64,000 nt of DNA, taken from Haliotis rufescens (lineage: Eukaryota). Positions 50,975 through 63,669 of the stretch are shown piece by piece (positions within the stretch are counted from its first letter, which is position 1; every line of letters begins with the position of its first letter). Below the pieces are notes generated by a model that worked only from the letters and a program-made list of their open reading frames with translations, did not search any database and was not told the DNA's origin. The stretch spans positions 5,022,001 to 5,086,000 of the forward strand of contig NW_025963979.1 in NCBI RefSeq assembly GCF_023055435.1. Reading direction: 5' to 3'. Position numbers and translations under genes: made by a program.

Positions 50975-53410
50975 GTAAGTGTGTGTTGAAGTAGCCTATT
51001 GTAGGGCAATACTGAGGTCAAGTGTATGGGTGTGTTTAAATGTACCCTATTGTGTAGTACTTGAGTACTCAAGTATAACTTATAAATAAAAGTACGCTTT
51101 TGTTGAGTACTGACGTAAAGTGTGTATAAAATGTATAACCTTTTGATGTATAAGCTGAATACTGTGGTAAAGCATGAGTATATAAAAGTACCCTATTGTG
51201 TATAAGCTGAATACTGAGGTAAAGCGTATATATAAAAGTACCCTATTGTGTATAAGCTGAATACTGAGGTAAAGCGTATATATAAAAGTACCCTATTGTG
51301 TATAAGCTGAATACTGAGGTAAAGCGTATATATAAAAGTACCCTATTGTGTATAAGCTGAATACTGTGGTAAAGCATGAGTATATAAAAGTACCCTATTG
51401 TGTATAAGTTGAATACTGACGTAAAGCGTGTATATATAAAAGTACCCTATTGTGTATACGTTGAATACTGAGGTTAAGTGTGTATATATAAAAATACCCT
51501 TTTGTGTATAAGTTGAATACTGAGGTAAGGCGTGTATATATAAATGTACCCTAGTGTATATAAGTTGAATACTGAGGTAAGGCGTGTATATATAAAAGTA
51601 CAATATTGTGTTTAAGTTGAATACTGAAGAAAAGCGTGTATGTATAAAAGTACCCTATTGTGTATAAGTTGAATACTGAGGTAAAGCGTGTATATATAAA
51701 TGTACCCTTGTGCATATAAGTTGAATACTGAGGTAAAGTGTGTATATATAAAGTACCCTATTGTGTATAAGTTGAATACTGAAGTAAAGCGTATATATAT
51801 AAAAATACCCCATTGTATTTAAGTTGAGTACTGAGGTAAAGCGTGTATATATAAAAGTACCCTATTGTGTATAAGTTGAATACTGAGGTAAAGTGTGTGT
51901 ATATAAAAGTACAATATTGAGTAGAAGTTGAATACTGAGGTAAAGCGTGTATATATAAAAATACCCCATTGTATATAAGTTGAATACTGAGGTAAAACCT
52001 GTATATATCAAAGTACCATATTGTGTATTAGTTGAAAATTTAGGTAAAGCGTGTATATATAAAAATACCCTATTATATATAAGTTGAATACTGAGGTAAA
52101 GCGTGTATATATAAAAGTACCGTATTGTGTATAAGTTGAATACTGAGGTAAGGCGTGTATATATAAAAAGTACAATATTGTGTTTAAGTTGAATACTGAA
52201 GTAAAGCGTGTATATATAAAAGTACAGTATTGTGTATAAGCTGAATACTGTGGTAAAGCATGAGTATATAAAAGTACCCTATTGTGTATAAGTTGAATAC
52301 TGACGTAAAGCGTGTATATATAAAAGTACCCTATTGTGTATTAGTTGAATACTGAGGTAAGGCGTGTATATATAAAAGTATAATATTGTGTTTAAGTTGA
52401 ATACTGAAGTAAAGCGTGTATATATTAAAGTACCCTATTGTGTATAAGTTGAATACTGAGGTAAAGCGTGTATATATAAAAATACCCCATTGTATTTAAG
52501 TTGAGTACTGAGGTAAAGCGTGTATATATAAAAGTACCCTATTGTGTATAAGTTGAATACTGAGGTAAAGTGTGTTTATATAAAAGTACCCTATTGAGTA
52601 TAAGTTGAATACTGAGGTAAAGTGTGTATATATAAAAGTACCCTATTGTGTATAAGCTGAATACTGAGGTAAAGTGTGTATATATAAAAGTACCCTATTG
52701 TGTATTAGTTGAATAGTTAAGTAAAGTGTGTATATATAAAAGTACCCTATTGTGTATAAGTTGAATACTGAGGTAAAGCGTGTATATATAAATGTACCCT
52801 TGTGTATAAAAGTTGAATACTGAGGTAAGGCGTGTATATAAAAAAGAACAATATTGTGTTTAAGTTGAATACTAAGGTAAAGTGTGTATATATAAAAGTA
52901 CCGTATTGTGTATAAGTTGAATACTGAGGTAAAGTGTGTATATATAAAAGTACCCTTTTGTGTATAAGCTGAATACTGAGGTAAAGTGTGTATATATAAA
53001 AGTACCCTATTGTGTATTAGTTGAATAGTTAAGTAAAGTGTGTATATATAAAAGTACCCTATTGTGTATAAGTTGAATACTGAGGTAAAGCGTGTATATA
53101 TAAAAGTACCCTATTGTGTATAAGTTGAATACTGAGGTGAAGCATGTATATATAAAAGTACCCTATTTTGTATTAGTATAATACTGATGTCAAGCGTGTA
53201 TATATGAAAGTACCCTATTGTGTATAAGTTGAATACTGAGGTAAAGTGTGTTTATATAAAAGTACCCTATTGTGTATAAGTTGAATACTGAGGTAAAGCG
53301 TGTATATATAAAAGTACCCTATTGTGTATAAATTGAATACTGAGGTGAAGCATGTATATATAAAAGTACACTATTGTGTATAAGTTGAATACTGAGGTAA
53401 AGCGTGTAGT
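50975..53410. repeat. AT-rich 50-52-bp minisatellite, ~46 copies
   Basis: unit aaagtaccctattgtgtataagttgaatactgaggtaaagcgtgtatatata. Confidence 0.95.
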
Positions 53411-54938
53411 GGTATACTGGAATGGGTGCAAGGGGTGCAAGCATCAGCAAGAAGTATAGAAATGGGAGGGGCACGCTGGGTTCACTTAGCTGACGGGATC
53501 GAAGTCAATTTCATCCAAAGGAAAAAAAACAACGTTTCTTCCATCTTATCAGCCAGATGGGCACAATGAGGCACAACACTCGAAAAAACATGACCAGATT
53601 CCATAGCGAGGTGAAGGGCGCCAAGGGAGATATTGCGGTCAAAGATCGAGTCATCACCACAGCAGGCTTTCAACATTTGGCTCAAATGTTAAAACTCAGA
53701 TTTAAACGTCGTGTCGTGGTCTAGTCGTCTTGAGAAGTTTGTGATGCTGAGATATATCACACTTTTACAGTGTCGACAACGCCAGGACGGTCACGCTCCG
53801 GGCCTTCTCCGAGTCGAGTGGGTCAGAAGTACCTCCTAATGTACATTACATCCTCCGCCCCACCAGGTGGCGCTCCTGTCAGGGTTGGGCCGTCATTATG
53901 ACAGGTCTTTATGATATCGGGCGTCGCGAACAACACACAACACCGTATGTATCTCATCACCAGCGAGATTAACAGGACATCGCTGCTTGTTATTCTCCCT
54001 TTTCAAAGAGATCATTGCCATTTACTGTCCTATGAGCGCTGTAGAGATAATGTGGTATTTTTTGACACGAACAAACTCATCGTAAAGGTGGTAAAGAACA
54101 ACTCAGGCATGGCCATAGATCAACACGAGTGTAGTTATTCATTTATACACCAAGGAATGTCCTCGCACCAGTTTCGCGTTCCAAATTTGTAATGCTTATA
54201 TAAAAGGCACCGAGATGTCTAGGATAAAAATATGTTTTAATTGCTTAATAAAAAAAATGTCGTTAGTTCTTATTATCTTTGTTATCTCTACTCAAATGTG
54301 CTGCTGATCGGTTCTGTGTCCCTACGAAATAAGCCTTTCAACAGAAATTATAACCTAAATAGATAGATGTATGTTTCTCAGTTGAAATAATCCCAACGAT
54401 ACAGCTATTTAAACACCTGGATTCCCCTGGTTGAATACCGAGGGTGGGTGTGTTTCATGTTCATGATGGGCAAGTATAGGAAATCTTGTAACGTGAACAT
54501 AGCCCCATAAAGATGACACAAACCATTTAACAGAGAGCGTTATGTCACGAGCTAGTCGTCCCCCCTCCCGCCGCCCCCTCCCTTCTGCCATACACACCGT
54601 GGGAACAGAGAACTGCAGTGACAGCGTCTGGCGACATGTACATATAATACAGTTCCCGGTGAACCCACACAATATACACGAGTATATGCGCATATAATAC
54701 ACTGCCGGGTGAGCGGACAAAATACCCATGGCGACATGCACACTTCCCACACACACTGGGTCGGTAATGTGCAGATGCCTGTTTGTAGACATGTAGACAC
54801 AAGTTACACATTTAGAGATGTACCTGGTGTCTGTTGCTGCTGCGCGAGAATCCAGCACAGTGGTGACGTGAGGGCACTCATACAACTGTACACCGTTCAC
54901 CGTCTTACTTTAAAAGATACGTTACGTCATCGATGAGA

Positions 54939-55182
54939 CCCGTGAAGACCCGGGTTAGAATAGGTCTATAACAACCCATGCTTGCCGTAAGGCTACTATG
55001 CTTGTCGTAAAAGGCGACTAACGGGATCGGGTGGTCGGGCTCGCTGACTTCGTTGATGCATGTCATCGTATCTCAACTGCGTGGATCGATGTTCATGATG
55101 TCAATCAGTGATTGTCTGTTCCAGATTATTTATAGACCGCCGTCATGGCTGGAATATTGATGAGTGCGGCGTTAAAAAAAGC
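54939..55182 (+). mobile_element. ~250-bp non-tRNA retroposon (bipartite LINE-derived SINE-like element), near-complete copy
   Basis: cccgtgaagacccgggttagaatagg...gcttgtcgtaaaaggcgactaacggg...gctggaatattgatgagtgcggcgttaaa; other copies at ~1588, 11989, 16415, 16690, 21303, 30970, 34030, 44265 (+) and 45845, 46800, 55615, 58845 (-). Confidence 0.8.
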
Positions 55183-55611
55183 AAACATCATTTGTGATGA
55201 AAGTTTAACCCTGGATAGAAAAATGGCGTCAAGACACTGTAGCTCACCTATATGTGACAACCTCACCTGGGCGATGGGTTAGTGCAGTGGTTGAAGCATG
55301 TGCTACGGGGTCTATTTAGAGTGTATATGGGATTCGCTAGTGTGGTACCTCCCGAGGTAGTGGCGGTAACTCCCCTTTGCTCGTCAACCCAGGTCCCAAG
55401 TGCAGTGTTAGAAATCAGTTCCGTCAGGTGTTTTTACAAACGCATATGCACACACGAGAGTATCCTTGCAGAATTAAAGAAACTACCCGGTTCTGATAGT
55501 GATATGCTTCTGCAGACAAGAGAGTCTGGTGCTTCACCCAACAACAAACACTCGTGTTCTATGCTCTGTGCGCACAGCTTCCCCTATTATTAACCCGATT
55601 GACATATTTGT

Positions 55612-55879
55612 TTGTTTGTTAGATTTCTTGTTTTACGTCGCACTCAGCAATGTTCCAGCCATATGACAGCGTTCTGTAAACATTCGTGTCTGGACCAGAC
55701 AATCCAGTGATTAATGTCATGAGCATCGATCCACGCAATTGGGATACGATGACATGCATCAACCAAGTCAGCGAGCCTGACCACCCAATCCCGTTAGACG
55801 CCTCTTACGACAAGCATAGTCGCCTTTTATGGCAAGCATGGGTTGCTGACGACCTATTCTAGCCCGGATATTCACGGGC
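55612..55879 (-). mobile_element. Copy of the ~250-bp retroposon family
   Basis: Reverse complement of the 54939 element, including the doubled gcttgYcRtaaRaggcg module. Confidence 0.8.
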
Positions 55880-56609
55880 CAACATTTTGTGTAAAAATCG
55901 GAACCGGAAATGTGATTTTACATATTCGTCCGGAAGGAAATAAACATTCTCCACTATGAAAAAAGAAATAAACACGGTTGACACAGAACTAGTTGAGAGA
56001 GTACAGCATATATGCTATGTCAACCACATGAAGTCGTATTTGTAGTCCTCGGTTTTAACAAACACAACGTTCTTCATATCATCCAGGAGGCAACTAGAAC
56101 TCAACACTCAACACATATTTGTAGTTATCATTTTAATCACTGTATAAAACAAAACAAATTCGTGTAGACATAAATCAAAAATAAAATTTTACGTACGATA
56201 TAGCTATAGGATAGTGCTATAGCATTAGAAATCAACATCTCTCAAGGTGTCCCCGTGTAACATCAATGTGTTCACATTTCATCTCCGTGAACAGATTCCG
56301 GGTAATAGCTGCATTCATTGGTGTGATCTTCGTCTTGTAGTCTGGTGGACACAAGGCCATGTGTGGCCAACATGTCCACTACGTACGGTTACAGCTTGCC
56401 ACTTCTGGGCATCTAGGCCGGTGTAGACGCACGGTCGGGCTGTAATTCTGAATTTAACCATCGGTCTCGAAAGGACTGAGTCGCTTCGTTGTGGGATTTG
56501 TTCAGTCTACGTTAGTATCGCCTCGTCTTGATCATGATCAAACTACATAATCTCAGTATGGTACTGGATCCGCACTGATCGGCCTGACTGGTGACCTTGA
56601 GTGACATGT

Positions 56610-56930
56610 CAGTGCAGAGTGCGACGGCAATCTGCGTAGCTCATCGGTGAGGATTGACATAGCCTTGGCTGACGTATCCGTGCAGAGTGTGACGGCATTC
56701 TGAACGCTCATCGGTAGAGATTGACGCAGCCTTGGCTGACGTATCCGTGCAGAGTGTGACGGCAATCTGAACGCTCATCGGTAGGGATTGACGCAGCCTT
56801 GGGTGACGTATCCGTGCAGAGTGTGACGGCAATCTGAACGCTCATCGGTAGGGATTGACGTTGCCTTGGGTGACGTATCCGTGCAGAGTGTAACGGCAAT
56901 CTGCATTGCTCATCGGGAAGGATTGACTTC
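56610..56930. repeat. 67-bp tandem repeat, ~5 copies, in meteorin-like 3'UTR
   Basis: unit gcagagtgtgacggcaatctgaacgctcatcggtagggattgacgcagccttggctgacgtatccgt. Confidence 0.9.
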
Positions 56931-56946
56931 CACCGTTCACAGCACC

Positions 56947-57263
56947 TCAACCATATGAACATTCCAGTAATTCGTTGTTCAGCGCCATCTCGAGAACACT
57001 CTTCCACTGTTCATAGCGCGGGGCACACTGTAACACTGGTCGACCAAGACGAACGCGGCCTGTGAACAAGAACTCCCCCTCCCCGTGTCTGATGCCGCAC
57101 ATGACGGGGGCGTGAACCACACCCTTCAGTTCGTGGGGACGGGTCCATCCAACTGCTGGCTTCTGGAAGATAGCCTCTCTCTGGGATATCATCTTAGTCA
57201 CAGACACCTGGATGTGACTGATGTCGTCATCGTGGTTTATGTCATCGATTGTTCCTATGGCAA
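56947..57263 (-). CDS. Meteorin-like terminal exon
   Basis: tgcag|TTGCC...; CGIRHGEGEFLFTGRVRLGRPVLQCAPRYEQW...ECSYG-TGA. Confidence 0.9.
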
Positions 57264-60200
57264 CTGCAATAGAAGAAAGACGAAATGCTGATATTTGACA
57301 AAGAGAAGTGTGTAGTGTTCTTGTTATATCAGGTACACAAAATACAAATGCCTTAGCCTTTGTCGGTCACGTACAAGTCATTAACACGCGATTAGGACCG
57401 CTCATATGGCATCTGAACCTTTCAACATCAAATGTCCGCATCATCTTAGGATGTAGCTGTTGGAATTCTCCGAGACCTATGACTTCTACATCCGGGCAAC
57501 AATGGAATGCCCAGATTTGGCTAGCTCCTCTAATCAGATCAAGCTTTGAAGTCGCCGCGTCGCACCTGTATGTGGCCTTACGACTGGGTCAGCACAGATT
57601 ATCAGGGTACTGATGTCCACACAAGTAATCGGCCTCAGTCTATAAATCATGGCAAGGTCAAGCCAAAGGTCTGTCAGTAATCAAACCCATGGCAGAGAAG
57701 GTTGAAATTGTGAGGGGCTGCAATTATGGTATTTCTTTTAGGACGAGAATACAAACTCTGAGAACCTGAGTACATAAACCAAATTCAAACCCTAGAATAG
57801 TTTCTACGCTTAATAATATTGTATGTCGTTATGTTGTCGGTAGTTTCTTCTCAGAATGAAGCATTAAGTCCTTACCAAAATCGCTGGAACAGTAAGCTTT
57901 GAGCAGCTCGGCATCACTGCACGGGCGACACTCTGAAGAACAAAAAGTGGGGAAATTATTAGCTTGGTTAAACGGTTCAAGGATACATAACACGACCCCT
58001 AAACCTGCAAATTGTTCCGAGTTGATCGAGGTCCAAGTCCGACCTACTGCCAAAATAGCAGATGTGTGCTACAGCGAGGTAAAAAGTAATTTAAAACAAA
58101 AACATTTCTTCTTGAGCAGGTACTTAAATATTTCCATTTCGTGCATAGCAATCGATCCACATTTTTATGTGATCGATTTGTTTGAGATACAACACAGGAG
58201 CGTGTAGTTCAAAAACGCGAACCAACAAAAGCATGACGTATGACGTACAATACATATTGGACACGTGCTATCAACACGCTGGGTCGCGTATGACAAAGGC
58301 TAGGTATATAGGCAATAGTTCACAATGTGACAATGTATTCCAGGTTCACGTGTCACAATAATGTGATCATTAGTGACAGTTAATGAACAATACTGCTGTA
58401 AGCGACCATTGGGGGCAGTTAAAACAAACCTTAGTACAAGACATTCACCATTTTGGGGTTATCTTACATATATAATGGTTTGCAGGAAGTCTAAACAATG
58501 GCTGTTAGCGAGTTGATGGTCGTTACTGCGCATGTCATATGATTGATGGCAGTCACGCGAGAATAACCGAGAAGGAAATGGTTGCGGCGACAGTCGGCGA
58601 TGAGCATCATCCCGTTAAGAGGCTCATAACAAACAGCCAGGTGATAGATTCGTACGTGAGGCTAACATTCAGGCAGTAATGTATTTTTTTCGTTGAAAGA
58701 AAATACCCGGTTCTGATAGTGATATGCTGCTGGAGACAAGAGAGTCTGGTGCTTCACCCAACAACAAACACTCGTGTTCTCTGCTACGTCCGCACAGCTT
58801 CCCCTACTATTAACCCTCTCTTCCGATTAAGACCTATTTATTTGTTTGTTGATTTTTACAAATATTCCAGTCATATGACAGCGGTCTGTAAACATTCGTG
58901 TCTGGACCAGACAATCCAGTGATTGATGTCATGAGCATCGATCCACGCAATTGGGATACAATGACATGTTTCAACCACGTCACCGAGCAATACCACCTGA
59001 TCCTGTTAGTCGCCTCTTACGACAAGCATAGTCGCCTCTTACGGTATGTTGAGGTTGCTGAAGACCTATTCTACCCAGGATCTTCTTTCTTTTGAAATAC
59101 ATATGTAAAGTGACTTTACAAATCACAAGGCATACATTCTCACCTTCCATTGGGCTGTAGCGAAGACTGCTGGCTATTGTCTCAGCGTTATAGTGAACTT
59201 TGACTCTCGCCACACCAACATCTTCGTCACTACGTTCTGTTTCTAAGTACAGGTGCACTGGACCGGAACCAGATATACAGTACTCCTTGCCTTGACCTCG
59301 CGTTGTAAACAAGGGTGATAACCGAACTTCAACGTCATTGAGAATTTTTAGTCTGTAATTTCCAGGAATTTTTGCAACCGTTTCTTGGGATACAACCGTG
59401 TTAACGTTGTCACTCTGTACCCGGATACAGAATCTCACATCTCCTGCAGTGGGTGCTGCAAGCTCCATGCGAACAGCACCGTAAGCATTAAGCCACGTGA
59501 CACGACCCTCCTCACATCGAGGCTTGACGTTCAGGATAGCTCTATCACCGCCATCGGGGTCACTGAAAGAAAATAAACATATGCAATGTACATCAACAAA
59601 ATAAATGCATCTACATGGTGTATGGAGTAATCGAAGCTATACCCAGCGCATCTGTAGATGTAAGAACACATTATTGTCGTGTCGTCTCAAGGTTAGCGTA
59701 TTGGTGGTTTACGTTGATTGCTTGTGGGTTTGTGAGTGTAGATTATACCCGTATCTCTGTGGTGACTGTATCCAGTTGTCAGGGTTATCTGTGTGTAAAC
59801 CCGTGTCTGTACATGGGACTGGGGAGTTTACAAGTCAAGAGCTGCGTCAGGTGTAATTGTGATGTCTACACCTGGACAATGTGATAAGACGGCTAGTGGC
59901 GACCAAATACACCTGGTACAAGATGATAACACGATGACGAGGCAAACAGACCACGTGTGTATATCAGAGTGATCGCACGATCGCCTTTATACAACATGTA
60001 CACAAACGGGTCCAGATACACTGTCATTAACACTGGAACGCCAGTACCCGATAGCTATGAACACTGTATTCCAGCTATAACCTTCAATGAACCAGTTTAG
60101 AAGATACTTAGTGAGAATGAATTTACGCCGTTGCAATATTACTCCAATATCACGACAAGGAAGGAGCGCCAACACCATTACGCCTCCCCACGCCTCCCCC

Positions 60201-61620
60201 CCCCCCCCCCCCCCCCCCCCCAGCATACATGACTGGGAGTGCACTAGCTGTTGACATTGGACACGAGAGATAGCCCTCACCGTGTCAATATTATGTGATC
60301 AACGTGCAGCTAATAGCGTCAAGGTAAATAATGGGCGGCTGTTGCCATAACTTCCCCTCATCCTGCACCGATTTGTTTGGAGGCCAGTGACTCCACCAGA
60401 GTGAGAACGTGACATTACCGAAGGGCAAGAGAACACTCATGTTGTTGCCGAAGCACGAAGAATGTAAAACAATATATGTTATGACATTGCTATACATCCA
60501 CCAAATTATATATGTAAAAACATCTCAAATTGCGTGATCATCCACAGAGGGAATTACATGAAGCGTCCGTATAATCGCACAGTATACCCAATATTACGAA
60601 ATCTCGATTGGTGTTCTAATAAGTTTCATATATATATCGTTGTTTAACATGAGATGCTAAGATACCAGTCCATCCTCACAAATGCTCCTCCGCCACCCCT
60701 CCCCTCGGGTCTCTGCTCTCCCCATCATAACGGTTCTGACACACAGGTGTCTGCAGGTCAGAACAAGGAGCCGTGCAGGTCAGAACAAGGGGCCGTGCAG
60801 GTCAGAACAAGGGGCCGTGCAGGTCAGAACAAGGAGCCGTGCAGGTCAGAACAAGGGGCCGTGCAGGTCAGAACAAGGGACCGTGCAGGTCAGAACAAGG
60901 GGCCGTGCAGGTCAGAACAAGGAGCCGTGCAGGTCAGAACAAGGAGCCGTGCAGGTCAGAACAAGGGGCCGTGCAGGTCAGAACAAGGGGCCGTGCAGGT
61001 CAGAACAAGGGGCCGTGCAGGTCAGAACAAGGGGCCGTGCAGGTTCCTTTGCGTACACATACAGACGTCAGTGACCCTACACACGATACAACCACTGGCC
61101 TTGACGAAACCGGTGCTACAATTGAACAGGTAATAGTGGTCGATATCGAGGGCTGAAAGTTTGTCATTGCGAGAATTCGACCTGTGTGTGGACAAGAGCG
61201 TTGTGTCAACGCGTGATACACCTGGCAATACCGACACACAGGTGATAAACTCGGGTAAATCACTACATTTCCTATTCACATCCATACGATATGACCGCAA
61301 ATCAACCAACGCCTTAAGAATCAGGAACATTCTGTAGCTTAAAATGAGAATTGTTTTATCTTAGTTCATGTGTACGTGAGCAGATCTACTCCACTTTTCC
61401 TGTTGGATATAAGAGTATGCATATAAGTGAACATGTCGCAAATATCGAAACGTAAAACAATGCAAAGTAACCATTTCGCAGATAAGTACATGTATACTCA
61501 AGTTCAATCAATAACTTACCTGATTGTACAGTCACACTGACTACAGAGCTTCTGTGATAATGTCCCAGGAAAGGACACAATTAGCAAGACAGGTAATCCC
61601 AGGTAGATGAATGCCTCCAT
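56947..61620 (-). CDS. Meteorin-like secreted protein (METRN/METRNL family), gene span, 4 exons, 297 aa
   Basis: Signal peptide MEAFIYLGLPVLLIVSFPGTLS, then CDC, RCEEGRVTWL, ECRPCSDAELLKAYCSSDFV and CGIRHGEGEFLFTG...LQCAPR, which are characteristic meteorin-family motifs. Spliced CDS is 894 nt. Confidence 0.9.
57876..57932 (-). CDS. Meteorin-like exon 3
   Basis: ttcag|AGTGT...TTTG|gtaagg; ECRPCSDAELLKAYCSSDF. Confidence 0.92.
59144..59562 (-). CDS. Meteorin-like exon 2
   Basis: ttcag|TGACCCC...GAAG|gtgaga; NVKPRCEEGRVTWLNAYGAVRMEL. Confidence 0.9.
60750..61045. repeat. 22-bp minisatellite, ~13 copies (meteorin-like intron 1)
   Basis: unit gtgcaggtcagaacaagg(g/a)gcc. Confidence 0.93.
61520..61620 (-). 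CDS. Meteorin-like exon 1 (signal peptide)
   Basis: ATG GAG GCA...ATC AG|gtaagt. Confidence 0.85.
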
Positions 61621-61749
61621 GCTGAAGACTGGGGTAGGTCAGAGTAATAGAAACACACTTATACATCCGTGAGTAAAGTGTGTCGTCGACGCGTCACTGT
61701 ACAGTGTAGTGTATGTAGACACTGACCTCCGCGTGCAGCCCGCTCAGCT

Positions 61750-61895
61750 GGTCAAACTATATACACACGACGCTCCCTTCTCTGTATAAACACTGCGTTC
61801 GCACAAGCTTTGATTGACGTATGTCACCCAGCCCTCAAACCAATCACAGCTCAGGGTAGCAAACAGCTAGCCAATAGGAACGAAGGGGCGGGGCA
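61750..61895 (-). promoter_or_regulatory. Putative promoter of the meteorin-like gene
   Basis: TATA-like tatata at 61758-61763, a TGACGT CRE-like site at ~61815, two CCAAT boxes (61840, 61871) and a GC box GGGGCGGGGC (61885-61894), all 130-270 bp upstream of the ATG. Confidence 0.55.
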
Positions 61896-63669
61896 TACAT
61901 GTTTTCCTAACTGGATTACGTTGTAATTTTATAGATATTATTTTATGAGTTTTACCAAATTAGATTAAACCAACGACGTTATTCAATGTCATTGAAAAAT
62001 AAAACTTGTAAAAAGGAATATTACATATTTTAAAATTAAGTTCACAAAAAATGTTGAAAATCGATTTAATATTGTATTATTACATGACAAGTTAAATAAC
62101 TTCCCGCGTGCAGTTGCAGGAGGAAGGGGGTTGGGGTGGGGGTGTATCCTTGTACAAACCAAATACTGCTAAAGGTATTTTCGGGAGCTTCAAGTGAAAC
62201 TAAATCTTTCGTAGAAAACTTTAAACATGATTAATGGAATATCCGATACCATCGTCCTAAATGTATTTCCGGGTTTAGCTTGGTGGTGAGGGAAACGTAT
62301 TAGTACTTCACCTTGATACTTGAGTAAGCAAACACTCCCGCCAGAAAGCTGTTGCAGAGGCTAAGAACAACGTTTGTCCAGGGGATTATCTACTAAGGCC
62401 AATTAACACAATATTGTGACAAATCTGAATTTGACATGGAAAGGTAAAAAATAGGAGATTGGGTCAAATCCTGACTTAAAGACAGCCCAACATTACACGG
62501 TCCAGTGCACGAGGACAAACGTCCCACTGTATCCCAAACTAAAACTTGGTATTGAAATTAGCAAGATTTGATGCACGTGACACGCATCTGTAATTAAACC
62601 TGACATATTAGTCTCATACATTACAGTGGAATGCACGCGGATTACATGGAACTGCTCGTGCATGGAGTTATCATGATTCACGTGCTTCCTTAAACTGTAA
62701 AGTCTCGTGAAGTCACATTACACAAGCAAATCAAATTGTTATAACCTTAATAACAATAAGCTATCACTTCGTAAACACTCCAACACCCACGTCAATTATT
62801 TTATCGCCTTGGCATTTTTAGGAGGGATGTAGATTTCAATTATTTCTCAGGGATATGATATTTCCCACTTGGACTTCGCATTTAGGTGAACGTGAATACT
62901 ATGCAATGCACTTGAATACATGATGACATTCAGCAAGCTACTCATTGTACCTCGCGGGTTCTGAGGACCAGATCTTCTTCCCAAGAGTCCCCGAGGACTG
63001 CGTGTTATCACAGTACTCACCTGATAATCCCGACACAACATAATACTTCCTTGTCTCTTAAAAGAAAATAAAGGATAAAAACTCAATTTACTATGAATTC
63101 CTTCTCCTGCCACAAACACACTGGTCTGAGGTCGTGAGGTGAAATGGTGTTTAACGTCGCGTCCAAGATTATTGTACTTATATAGCGACGTGCATGTACG
63201 GGTGTGTGTACTCGTTCGGACAAATGCGAATTTTATAATGCCAGCCCGCTGAGATACCATAAATACCCAACTCAGTCAGTATACTGACTCCAAGCCGACC
63301 AGTCCTAGTTTTACCCCCATAATGCCGAACTCTTAAAGTCACAAAGTCACAACGGTTGTTTTTTAGATTTCTGTGTCAGTGGTAAAATAAGAACTGCCTT
63401 TCTATCTGTGATGCCTCCAACGTCTGAGGACGTCGCATTCTGACAGAAAGAGCAAGAGGGTGTATATATTCTGGGTAAATAGTGGTTGCATGAAGCGTAG
63501 CCTCTGGACAACTACGGATTCATGCTTTTCCTGAATTCCTAAGGGAATGCATGTACCCATGCATTTGACTGTTTGAGATTTAACGAGCGCTTCAAGCTTG
63601 TGCTGGTTTCACACACAAACGTTGCTCACGTGATCCTGAGTGTTCCAGTTATATCGCGGCGTGTCAACT

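Noticed and set aside
48586-53410. Regular arrays as possible CRISPR loci or repeat-protein genes
   Set aside because: Head-to-tail units with no unique spacers, eukaryotic context, and no cas genes.
54939-55030. Assignment of the structured module to the canonical HDV-like ribozyme
   Set aside because: A CTAA before the closing stem resembles J4/2, but I could not place P1, P3/L3 or P1.1 in the HDV order, so I left it unassigned.
61022-61331. ORF with acceptor-like tacag in meteorin-like intron 1
   Set aside because: No meteorin similarity, it runs into the 22-bp satellite, and exon 1 joins exon 2 in frame without it.
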